64,000 nucleotides of DNA. Origin: Paramecium tetraurelia (lineage: Eukaryota). Below the pieces are notes generated by a model. It searched no databases. It worked only from the letters and a program-made list of their open reading frames with translations, and was not told the DNA's origin. Shown here in pieces: positions 41,803 to 53,523 of the stretch; the first letter of the stretch is position 1; the number at the start of each line of letters is the position of its first letter. The stretch spans positions 1-64,000 of the forward strand of contig CT868017.1 in the NCBI GenBank assembly GCA_000165425.1, written 5' to 3'. The position numbers were made by a program, and so were the translations under genes.

Positions 41803-42691
41803 TCATAATGGGAATACCATTATGGTTACGTTGTCTCTAATGTAATCGTTCTCGATTGATTAATATAACTATTTGGCAACATTTTTTGATGGGTCCACCT
41901 TCTACAAAATTTGTTGAATGGCAGTTTCAGAAAGTTCCTAACATTTACAAATTATATGTACATTCCAAAATCCATCACTTGCCATTACTATGTATCTATC
42001 GTTGTCTTTAATTTGATATTTTGAGATCTCAGGCTCGCTGATTACAAACTTCTTAAGATGAAAGTCTCCGAAAGATCTAGTCACCGTCAACTAACCAGAA
42101 ACTCTACATATATTTTGTCTCTTTGTGATTAAACTAATAATAGAAATTATTTCTTACCCTCCTTATTTATGAATTCTTTAATTTTCTTCCTTTGATTGAG
42201 GAATATGGATGGAGTTTAACTATTGGTGAGAATCTTCTCTGAATACAACTGCCTTGCAATCCCCTAAATTTGTAATTGTAACAGTTTTATTTTAAATAGA
42301 TAACAGGATGGCAACTGATCCTGATTGTGTATACTGACTCAAATTGCTGTCAGTCTCCTTAAATACTATAAAATAAATGGTGAACTTCATACATTATTTG
42401 TAATCTTGATCTGACATCTCATTTTAGATTTTCTATAATAAATTCTAAGTCAAATAATCGGCCACATGGGAAGAACCATGACCATCAAAAATTGCATAAT
42501 GGTTGTTCAAAATCTAGTACTAAACATTAGTAAATTATAAATACTCTATCTAGCATTTCCCGACGGAATCCTCTGTTCATGTAAAGATGATATTTTTCAG
42601 TTTATTACTCAAACTCATCAAATTGTTCAATCAATTCTTGAACTGCAAAGTCTTTGTACTCATGATCTATCACTATTTCCAAATCCATCAT
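41803..42691 (-). CDS. Protein phosphatase 2C (PPM)
   Basis: GFRREMLDR, AIFDGHGS, NLGDCKAV, LTVTRSFGD, VMASDGFW, RDNVTIMV. Confidence 0.92.
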
Positions 42692-42773
42692 TAAATAAGT
42701 TATTTTTTTTTATTATAATTATTTAATCAAAAACATTTCCATAAATAGTTGGAATATTTGATAGATAATATAT

Positions 42774-43964
42774 TCATTATTATTAAAATTGTTGTTGTAC
42801 TTTTTGATCCTTCAATAAAATCCATTATTGAATATATTGCTAATTCTATGCATTCTTCACAATCCAATTGTGTTATAACAACGTCTACGCATCCAAACGT
42901 TTGTTCTGATCTTTATTAAGACTAAATAAATCACAACACTATACCAGATATTCAAAAAGTCTTTCATCTCTATACTGTAGGCATGGTTGTCCAATTTTGG
43001 AGAATCCGATTTCAGAATATTCTGAATCATCTGTATGTAAGTCATTTATTTGTTTTAAAATGCATAAGGATGTTTCCCTGTGGCCAATTCATATATTATC
43101 AAGCCCAATGACCATATATCTGAAGCATAAGAGTAATTCTTTCCTTCAGTCCTCTCTGGAGACCTAGTAAATTAATACATTTTAAATTAAATGCTAGTTA
43201 CATGTACATTAGAGTGCCAACAAATGTCCTCGCTATTGCAATCGTATTTTCCAGCTGCTTGCTTATTCCAAAATCTGTCAGTTTGATTTATCCTTAACTA
43301 TTGATGAGAATGTTTTCGGGTTTAATATCTCTGTGAAGTTGATGTTTTTATTAGTGTAGGTATTATAACCCTAGGAGAATATTGTAAGTAATTGTTGCTA
43401 TTATTTGTTCGTTTATCAATTCAACTAAGTTATTTTTATATATCTATTGAATTATGCTCCTCAAAGATCCCTAATCCATGTATTCTAGCACTAATCGTAT
43501 AGTTCCTGAATTTGTTGTTTAATGAGATACCTTCCTCGTAATAGGCGCCATAAAATTTTATCAACTGTTCGCATTCTATACCATTTAACAATGTACTAAG
43601 ATCATTCAGCATCTAATGTCGTTTATCCTTGTCAAAAACGTTGATTATCTTGATATTAAGAATATACATCAACTTTTAATGCTACTTGGCAATTATATGG
43701 TATATAGAGTCCTCTGCAAACATAGCTTGACACTCCTTAACCAATGACATCCCCAATTTTTATTTGCAAATGTGTTATGGCATCCTTAGTTGTTTGTATT
43801 TATTCTCCATTGGTGGATGTTAATCCCTCATTATTAATCTTTATTCCTGCCTTTGGAAATCTTACACTATTGTGTCCTCTATGATTTTATATAAATTCAA
43901 ACATTTCAAATGTCATTGAACTATTTTATTCAAAATTAACTTCGATATCAAATTCATCTTACAT
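42774..43964 (-). CDS. MAP kinase kinase (STE7/MEK-like)
   Basis: [66 protein letters not shown]. Confidence 0.9.
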
Positions 43965-44236
43965 GTTATATAATAATAAATTAAATATACACTATTTATA
44001 TTTTAACACCCACAGACATACCTTCCAATAGCTGATTTCTGCCCTGACACTTCAATTTAACTAACCAAATGCATTATATTTTGACTCACTCTCCTCACCG
44101 TTTTCAAAGATAACAATTTGTCAGACTACCACAGTTCCTTCTTATTTCTCAATCATACTCTCAAAATATAGATGTCAAAATAGTCTTTAAAAATGAAATA
44201 ATTTGCTTGAAAAATTACAATCAATTTCATCAAATG

Positions 44237-45643
44237 TCAATTTTTATATATTCTAATAGTTTCTAAGATTTTAACTCTACAAAGTGGACAAACAGAGAGA
44301 TTCTTACAACATTTTAAACAGGTAGCATTATGTTTACAAGGCAAGATCAAACAATCCCTCTCTCTTTCAAAACAAATTATGCAAAGATTTTCCCCTTGTA
44401 TTTCATTAACCTTCATCTTATTCTATTAACATATATATTGATTTGTCGTTCCAATTCTTATAACAGCCTCCTCAACTGGTTCCAGATAATACAAATTACT
44501 CATTTTTCCTTCTCCAGACAATCTCAACCATGATCTTTGATTTAATTAAATAAGATACCCGTTTGTTGATCCGTGATCTTCTAGTTAAATACTAGAATCT
44601 ACTTATAAATAGAATTTAGCATGTTGATTTGATAGATGATGATCCTCTGGAAATGAAATATCGGCAGTGGATTTTCTACCTAATGTAACTGATTGCTTAT
44701 CTTTATTTAACTAGATAACAATTGTATCTTCTAGGTTTGGTCCTTCTATTACCTGAAGAGAAAACTTTGATAAAAGTTAAATAAATAACTATACTTCAAG
44801 TCCTCCATTATCCTTTTGGTCAATACTTAATACCTGAAATTAATTGCTGCCCAATTCAATTAACATCCCAGTTTTCAAAGTTAGACTTTTAAGTATTTTA
44901 ATAAATGTTCCTGTAGTGCTTCCAACATCTTTGAGAGCGAACTAAAATTTCTATTTAGAATACCATATGATCTTGAAATATAATTTCAGCATGGAATCTA
45001 CTGATGTTCTCCTCTAAGATTAGGATCTAATTACTAGAGTGTCTTCCTATTTTTGCTCCTGTTTCTCTAACGCAATAAAAATTCGATTGCTAGCCTTCTA
45101 TTGGCTAGAGTATCAATTGATGCTCAAATTTGTTATTTGTTGTTATTTCCTATTTGAGTGCTTGATCCTCAATTCTAGCAACTTAACTTACAAACTGATC
45201 ATTGTGATGATTATTATTGTTATCCTGATTTTCTAGTAACATCTGCTCAAACTGATAATTCGCATTATTTTTTTGAATCGTAAAATCTTCGTCCTATTAT
45301 CGTTTATTGTTAAGACTGGATGACTTAAGCTGCTTAACATATTCACTATATTCTTTTAACCCATGATTCACCCCTAAAACTTTGTATGGCATAGTACAAT
45401 TTAACAATTTTCTCCTAAGTATTCGCTAGGTCACTCCCAATTCCTCTTCCAAGTCCTTTTCAGTCAAGTCCTCCAGTACGGAACCATCTATTGAACTTTC
45501 GACTATTTTCTTACAATGTAATTAATACCGAATCTGGCTTCCATCTGTCCAAGACCTATAAATTTCAACCAATTTACTACATCTTGAGTCAACCACTTTT
45601 TTGGTTCTTTTGGAATCAATTTATATAGGGAATCATAATCCAT
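44237..45643 (-). CDS. SAM-FHA-FHA-RING-HC putative E3 ubiquitin ligase
   Basis: SAM KWLTQDVVNWLKFIGL..IDGSVLEDLTEKDLEEELGV; FHA1 KIGRHSSNQILILEENISRFHAEI..LKDVGSTTGT; FHA2 TLGRKSTADISFPEDHHLSNQHAKF..EDHGSTNG; RING CIICFERERDCLILPCKHNATCLKCCKNLSVCPLCR. Confidence 0.85.
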
Positions 45644-45789
45644 TTTAATTTTATTATATATAAATCACTACTCATAAAGGGATTTTAGTATACCAATCAA
45701 ATACTTTGTATTCGTTCCAAATGCTAATCATCAAAATCTATTAAGCACAAAGTAAATAACAACAAATACATATAAATATTTAGATCAAA

Positions 45790-47300
45790 TCATTTCAAAA
45801 ATGCTATAATGACAGTAATGTCATCAATGACTTCATCCTCCACCTGCCATGCCTCTTTGGCTGCTTGTACCAACTTATTACAAGCTCCTATGCAATCCCC
45901 CTTCTTGTAGAATTCATATACAGTCTCAATAACCCATTCGTTAGACAAAAATCTTGATTAATTAACAACCATACTCCCAAATGCCATCCGAAGCCACTAT
46001 TATGAACTTGTCCGTGGGCAACAATTAATGCTTTATTATTTCTGGTTCGCATATCACTCCAACTAAACTAGCAACGTAATCCCCAAAACTTCGAGACATG
46101 GCCAGCCCAGGCACATCTTCATCAGATTTCCACACTCTGGCTGGTCCAATTGGATTACCCTCCTCATCACTGTATGCTTGAACCCTGCCTCCTCTTTGAA
46201 TTATTCGAGCTTATTCTAAAAAACAATCAGGCTTGTGATCTTTTGATAATTCAACTACAGATAATTTTGTATCGTATCTTCCTATTATCTATATTAGTAT
46301 TAATTATTGATACAGCTCTGCTGTCTCCAATATTAGCACAATAGAGGATGTTCTCAAATGCTATGACTACAACGGTGGTGGCTCCGGAATAGGTGACATC
46401 AATGCCAGAATTCAGTAGATCTTCGTTCGTTTTTAGGAAACTTTCTTTAAAAATATTGGTTATTGTTCTATTTTGAAATAGTGCTATTAAATTACTTATC
46501 TCTGTCATAATAATATGGAGATTACAATACTTCTTATTCAATATATGCTGGTAAAATCTCTTGAACAAATTATGCAACTTAATGTCCGTTTGTCCCATGA
46601 CCGTCGGATACCTAAAGATACCAATCATTTTCCTTGGTTCCAAACTTTTAAATTAGTTTATAGGAGTCCTGGTTAATTTTAGTTTATCCTGTGTAAAGCA
46701 TGCCTGGAATTGATTTGGCATGGGCTTTTAAAATGGCCAATTAGAGAGTAGTGATATCTGGATTACTAATAGAGCGAGGCCCTTTAAAGAGTTTCTATTT
46801 CAATTGCTATTGTTATGATAACTAGTGGTGCTCAGCTTATTTGGATAAGTCAAGCAGTTTTTAATATTATTTTTAAATTAATTGCTAATGATATTGTAAT
46901 ATTTCTTTAGAGGTTTGTATTTATCCTATTTTGCTCTCGGGTCTATCAGCCTTTATTTTTTACAGTAGTTATAATGCTGATTAGGTTAGATTTTACGAAT
47001 TCTCTTTTGTTTCAATAATTTTACTATTTTAACGTACATGTGTTTTTTTTAATAAAACTGTGCTAATATCTTTCATATCTTTCCCACTTGTTGGCCTTTG
47101 TTTTTTCGAATCTATTTTCCCTTAACCAGAACTGCTATTTCTAAAATAAAGAATCCTTTTTACTTTTGTGTATTAATAAAGGGGCTCCCTTAGATATTAG
47201 GAGATTTAACAATTTTTTGCTATTACTCAATTTCATTTTTTTTTTTTAATAAACTAGCATACAATTTATTAGGAGATATTTAAAGTGCTTTTTATTTCAT
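45790..47300 (-). CDS. Protein phosphatase 2C (PPM) with low-complexity N-terminus
   Basis: KTNQDSY, QVSDGHG, SGATT, NIGDSRA, GLAMSRSFGD, IIVASDGIW, DDITVII; start codon tentative. Confidence 0.9.
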
Positions 47301-47356
47301 TCTAATAGTTAATATTTTTATTATTATTTATTTTAATTATCTCTATATAAAATATA

Positions 47357-48314
47357 TCATTTCCTAAGATTTTTTAACTATTCCTTCATTTAGTTAGTAC
47401 AATTTAGATACTTGGATTTCGGTATGTGATCTTGAGATATAGTTCTTTCTAATAGAGATTGCTATTGAAATGTTAGTAATTTGACTTAATCTGAATTTGT
47501 TCCTCCCTCAATCTTCACATTGCTGAATCTTTGTTGATCTATTTGTCATAAGCATTTAAAATACTTTCATTTTCTACTTTGTTTTGCAAAGTGAATTGAT
47601 ATTTATCGATGAGTTTCTAAGTGTCTGTTTTGGTTATTGACTTGATGTTTTTATTCAGGTCGTCTTCCTCTTTTTCTTGCTTCCCTTTTGGATCTTGTCC
47701 TTTGTCCTTCTCAAGTGTGATGGATCTCATTCTGTCTGTTTTCTAGTATGTTTCGATTCGCTAATTCAGCAGAGGAGATTGTAATCGTTCTCCCAATATT
47801 TTGGATTGTCTCAATTCCTATTTCAAGAGCACTTCCGATTATCGAAAGTCCTTTGTTTTTATGTTCTGCATTTCTGTTGAGAGCTCTTTAGATGCAGTGG
47901 ATGCTTTTTTAATGAGATTATGTAATAGTTGGATGTCCTCATTTTTTAACTTATTTATCTTGGAATTGACACTTGTTATTTTATCGTCTTAGGACATTAA
48001 TTTGGCATCGAAATTTTCTTTTAATTTGTCAAAGAGCGTATGCAGTAAATTAATGCGTTCAGCCAATTCATCTATTCTCTCATATATAATGTTGATGGAT
48101 CGAATTCGGTCTTCCAAATGATTGATCTTTTTATTCATAAATTGCTCTTGATGTTCTAATCTGTCTTCGATCGCTTTCAATCGGTAATCGTATTGTTCTT
48201 TCAATAGCATCCCAAACTAACGACTTATTTATTTTTTTATTATAAATATTTCATATATTACTCCTCATCGTCTTGCATGTCCTCCCATTCTAACTGATTT
48301 CCATGCTTAAACAT
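47357..48314 (-). CDS. Hypothetical coiled-coil protein
   Basis: Code-6 ORF with short introns; heptad-rich segment LLKEQYDYRLKAIEDRLEHQEQFMNKKINHLEDRI. Confidence 0.7.
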
Positions 48315-48359
48315 CTTCTAATTAAATAGGATTTGCATAATATTATATTTTATTTTTAA

Positions 48360-50144
48360 ATGGCTTCAGAGGAAGAATAATTGGACACCATTGAGAAGTT
48401 TCAGAAAGCAGTAAAGTTGACGGCCATTTTAAGATAGAAACCAACCTCTGACGAAGAAATGCAACGCGCACAAAAGGCTTTGATCAAGCCTGTATCCATA
48501 AGAAATGCTGAAGATTTCGAGGCTATTGAGAAAGTCATGATAAGAGTTAAGTTCTTCACCAAAGTCAAGTTGAAATACGGACTACTGGTCTTTAAGGAAG
48601 TCTGCAAGCATTTGTATTACAAAAGAGCACAGCCCGGTCACATCATGATCAAGGTGAATAATGAAGGAAAAGCTTTCTATGTAATTTTGAGAGGCAGTGT
48701 CGGAATCAACATATTTTTGCCAAAAGTCTCCCAAAAATAAGCAGAATCCAAATCTACTTTCGGTGTCAATGAAATAGAATTTGAGGATGAACCTTTTGAG
48801 TACCAAGAAGTCAATGTTCTGTCCATCGGTGATTCTTTTGGAGAAGTAGCCCTCTTGGATCCCAATTCCAAAACGACAGCAACTGTAATCACCAAGGACA
48901 TTTGCGAATTCGCCTGTTTGGACAAAGAATAGTACATCAATATTTTGGGAGTTTTGAATCAGGCAGAAATGAATGAAAAAATGTCCTTTGTCAGAGGAAT
49001 CCATTTCTTGCATGGATGGTTCGATAATGACTTGAAGACTTTGAGTTTCCACTTCGAATTGATGTATTATGAGAGGAATGATGTCATTTATCGAGAAAAT
49101 TCAGCCAATGATGGATACATCTACTTCCTAAAGAAGGGAGAGATCTCCTTATTGAAATTATTTTAGAGATAATAAATTTACGTTTGCAACTTGTGTGTAG
49201 GAGAAATATTTGGAGAGGAAATGTACTTAGGTATTAATAATAGATAGCATACTGCTATTTGCAATGTTTAAGATACATAGGTCTACAGATTAGCCAAAAG
49301 TGATTTGGATAAGAGAATGTGGCAGATAGAAAATAGGAATCTCTTCAAAGAAAGTGTTGAAATCAGATGGGAATGGAGAAATCAAAGGTTTGACAATTTA
49401 AAACTCTTTGAAGCAAAGGTTGAATAGGAGGAAAATCTTCAAAAATATTTAAAACCAAAAACTGAATCCATTCTTGAAAGACCTCAAATTTAATAGTCTC
49501 ATTCCACCAAGATCTCCTCCTATACTTGTGTAAAACCATTCAATTTCATGGAACCATTGACAGCAGCAGATGAGTTGTTCGAAAACAATGGAATTTAATC
49601 CAAAATCTTTCAGAACAAAATTAAAGTCAGACAATACAATTCATCCAAACAATCCCTAAGGAATTACACCTATATGAAATAATAGAGTTAGATTGGACTC
49701 ATTAAACAGAATCAATAACGAAAAGAAAACCTCAAAAAAACTAAGCGAGTTAATTCATAACAGTTTAAATCATTTTTATAACAAAAATTTCAATCAGAAG
49801 AGCACAATATTTAAAATTAACTTCCTTTCAATTTTATAAATCAAGAGACTCAAAATGAACCAACTGAATAACAACAATAATAGGTATAATAAAAATTGAC
49901 TTCTTTTGGATAATCACAGCAGAATAGCTTATATGAAGATGTAATTTAGTTTGCAGTTTCTTAGAAATAAAAAACACTTATAAAATTACCTTAAGCCAAT
50001 TCAACAAAATATTCTAGTAAAGAAAACAGCTTTAAAAAGCTTTCTCAAGATCAAATTCATCATCGTAAATCTCCGTCTAATTTATCATATGAATTCTCGG
50101 ATGCTAAAGGTAGCTTCTAATATAAAAGGCTTTTTAAGTATTGA
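48360..50144 (+). CDS. Tandem cyclic-nucleotide-binding domain protein
   Basis: GKAFYVILRGSVGI..GDSFGEVALLDPNSKTTATV; second domain YIYFLKKGEI..GEIFGEE; in-frame 48360-50144. Confidence 0.88.
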
Positions 50145-50176
50145 ATTATTTTTTATCTAATAATATATATATAAAT

Positions 50177-50937
50177 TCAATGATTGTAAAGTCTTTCCAA
50201 CTTTTTTATGTCTCCATCCATTTAATTTAATCTCTTTTCTAATTCTTCCTTTCTACTTATCTATATTTTATTTACTTAAGCTTTGTTTACTGAGTCATAT
50301 CTTTTTTGTGACTATATTGAGCAAATTCTTTTAGTAGTTCCTCTTTCTTTTGGAGAAGCTGTTACATTATTTTGAACACATCTCCCTTCTTAACCTTCTA
50401 TTCATCCTTCTCCTTCTTCTTCCTTCTGATCTCCTCTTCTTCTTCTCTTTATTTTTCTAGTTTTTCATTTTTCATCTTTTCTAAGTATTCAGGAACTTTG
50501 CCGAAAGTATCCTTTTTGAAATAATCAATTTATTTTGGTTTCTGTCCTGCAGACTTAGGACGTTTAGGTTTAGTCTCTAAAAACTCTTTGAATTTATCCA
50601 TATCAACCTTCTGTTTAAAATGATTAGGAATATTTGGTTTTTTGAGAGCACAATTGTCAGGTTTAATGAGACCAAGAGGGAACATCAATTCATCAGTAAC
50701 TTCAAAGTTTTTTGGTTTTCCCCACAATGCATGATGCTTTAAATATCCTTTATGAAGTATTTTATTGCCATTGATATTATTAATGTTAAGTGTAGTATTT
50801 TTTGTGTTAAAAGTAGAGTAGGAAGGAGGGAGGTTTCCTGGATGCTAAGATTTATACCTTTTTTGATTTTGACTGGGTTTTTTTGGTTCCTCAACAAATT
50901 ACTCCTCATTTTACAATCTGTAAATACATTCTGACAT
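50177..50937 (-). CDS. Enkurin-domain protein (ciliary, calmodulin-binding)
   Basis: MSECIYRL..RYKSQHPGNLPPSYSTF; DYFKKDTFGKVPEYLEKMK; RKEELEKRLNQMDGDIKKLER. Confidence 0.8.
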
Positions 50938-51097
50938 CTAAAATATAACTTATTAATTTTTTTGTAATTTTATAACAAATTTGATGTTGTTGATATAAAA
51001 TAACACGGATATACCCACATTTATTTATTGTAAAGTGGCTATTAAATAAGATATTGACGAAGTTTATTAATTTAAAATATCATGCCATATAATTAAT

Positions 51098-51793
51098 TCA
51101 TTTCTTCTCTATTTTTTACGGAGTATCATCTTCAATCATCAAGTCATTCAAAAGGGTTTTCAAGAATGATGTAGTGTATTTCGCCTATCCCAATAAACGC
51201 TGTTAAACTTAAGGAGGAGCTCTTGTAATTATATCAAATAACTGGATTACAAAATACTTTTTCCTTAGTTGCTTATTATCACAGATCATTTGTAAGATTA
51301 AATTTTAAGGAATTTTAATCTTACACACACATAATATGGATACTTGATCGATATCAATATTGCTCTATATTTATTAATATAAACAATCCTTATGATATGA
51401 ATGTAAACAGGGTAAAGAAATGCAATCCTGATTAATTTATCCGGTGCAGTTTTTACAGATCTAAACTGTAGTTTTCATTATTGTTTAATTGAAGGTTTAT
51501 TGATAAATACTTTTATTGTTGAATTAAATCTACTCTAGATTATTTACCTATTAGTTTGAGTAATTTGTTTGATTGAGTGATGAAGGTTATGCTTATTAGA
51601 ATATTTATTCTTATTATTATTAAATAGGTTCTTTTTCATGATTTTGTTATTGACTTACTATTTTTATCTTTGGATTTGAAGTGGATATAAATATCTGGTT
51701 TTTTTCTTACTCTTACATGGTAATTTAGGGATTTTTAGCATAATGACAAGTGTTCAAATATACTTCTCCATCAGTCATTGTCCCTTCTTTCAT
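51098..51793 (-). CDS. RING-H2-like zinc-finger protein (231 aa)
   Basis: Intronless ORF with CKNCTGQINQDCISLPCLHSYHKDCL...ILCVC. Confidence 0.72.
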
Positions 51794-51850
51794 AATTAAT
51801 AATTATATTATATATTATATTCTATTATTTTATAGGATAGGAAATATTTA

Positions 51851-53501
51851 TCAGAGGGTTATGATATTGGCAGTTTTATACTTAGAGGATAGTTGTTCAA
51901 CTTGGCATTCTTGAACTTCATAGAGAGGACATGAAAAATGATTAGTAGATATTTTGGTTAAGAAGCAAGTCTCACAAAATAGGAAATGTTAACAGGGGAA
52001 CTAAATAACATTCCGTTCTGCTTGTTTGCATTGAATGCACAACAATTATTTAATCATTTAAATCTATGTTGAAATAAAAGATTACCCTTTGCTTAGTAGC
52101 AGAAGCCTTGGCCAGTTTTTCATTCGTTTAGTTTTGTTGTACCGCGATTTGGTTCTTCAAACTCTCACATTAATCCACTATTTAATCTTTTTTATTATGT
52201 AATTATTCTTTAGTTTTCGTTAGTTTTCTTATTTTTTGTAGATAGTCTATGCTTTGTTCTTCCCTCCTCATAGAGGACTTGTAAGTTTCAAGTTATCTCT
52301 AATTATTATAGAACCCAGCCAAGTTTGATTCTGCTTGCTCTAATTTTTTGATATTTATAGCATTATATTGTTCTTTGACACTTTCAAAACCTAAGTCCAT
52401 TTCCCTTAATTTTATTTGCAATTAGACTAGCAAAGTTTCATTTTTGTCTTATGCCTATATCATTGTTTAATTGATATCTTTTGCTTACTCTATCTCTTTA
52501 AAACTATTTTGCAATTTCTCTTTCAGTAACACACTTAATTCTTCTTACTTTTAAAGTTACATTTACAATTGTTAAATGATTGGATCTTACTTTTAAGTAG
52601 ACATTTAGATTGAGTCCTAAGTATTTTGATTAGTCGATTAAGTAACAACAATATTGAAAATACACCAGGGTTCGTCAAAACAAAAGTCTTTAACCAAATT
52701 CTATGATTCTGGTATCAAAAGCCAGAATTATTTTTGGCCTTTATTTTAAATGAATTGTAAATAGATTTCTGGATTTTTATCGAGTTTTGATTCACAGAAT
52801 TCTAAGACTCTGGAATCTTCAAGCAATTTTTTGGTTATTTAGAAATTGTGGGTAATTTAGATTTGTTTGAGTTTATCCTATTTAATTTTGAAGGAGTAAT
52901 CTCGATTGACTTATTCTAATTTATAATTATTATGTAGTTTAAAATAGGCTGCTTCCATTTTGGCGTGTCCGCCTAGTAAATTAAAGGAGATCCTATCAAT
53001 TATTGATATGTTTGCGGCTTTTATTTGATTGAATTCAATTTTGGGAATACTCAATCGGGGATCTGCCGTGATCACTACATCTTAATCAAAAATATTATAA
53101 GCATCTTCCTTCATCATAATCATTTACTTTTAGGCATTGGGACGGCTTTTGTATTGCTTGATCAATTCTTAAATCTTCGACGATCCCGTTCTTCCCAATG
53201 GAATTGAGGACTTTGCTGATAATGATTTAAATTACATTGGAATCTTTAAAAATTGGGGTGCGATTCTCCTTTTTACAGATTGAGATGTGATGATCCCTTT
53301 CCGTTTACAATTCGAACACTTGTAGGCAAAAGGCGCAAAAATAATATTCACTATTCTATTTAATGAACATTGATACTTTCTCGTTTCACCATAGGTGGTA
53401 ATTCGCTCGTTTATGATGTGGCATTTTTGCAGATGGTTGAGGTAATCCCAAACTGATGAAAATTTTATTAAATGTTCCTTTTATGGGCATGTGAATTTCA
53501 T
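51851..53501 (-). CDS. Tandem CHHC/C2HC zinc fingers + coiled coil + C-terminal RING-HC protein (~525 aa)
   Basis: FTCPQKEHLIKFSSVWDYLNHLQKC and YFCAFCLQVFELQTERDHHISIC at the N-terminus; LCIQCKQAERNVIQFPCQHFLFCETC..SCPLYEVQEC at the C-terminus; removing inferred introns of 26, 25 and 22 nt gives a continuous frame. Confidence 0.75.
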
Positions 53502-53523
53502 TTACAGTACAATAATTAAATAA

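Noticed and set aside
42774..42785. TAA TAA TAA TGA at the MAP2K end, suggesting context-dependent stops
   Set aside because: It simply continues a Gln-rich tail (CAA CAA CAA TTT TAA TAA TAA); all gene models end in TGA
48582..49052. 156-aa antisense ORF
   Set aside because: Shadow of the cNMP-binding gene; no recognisable motifs
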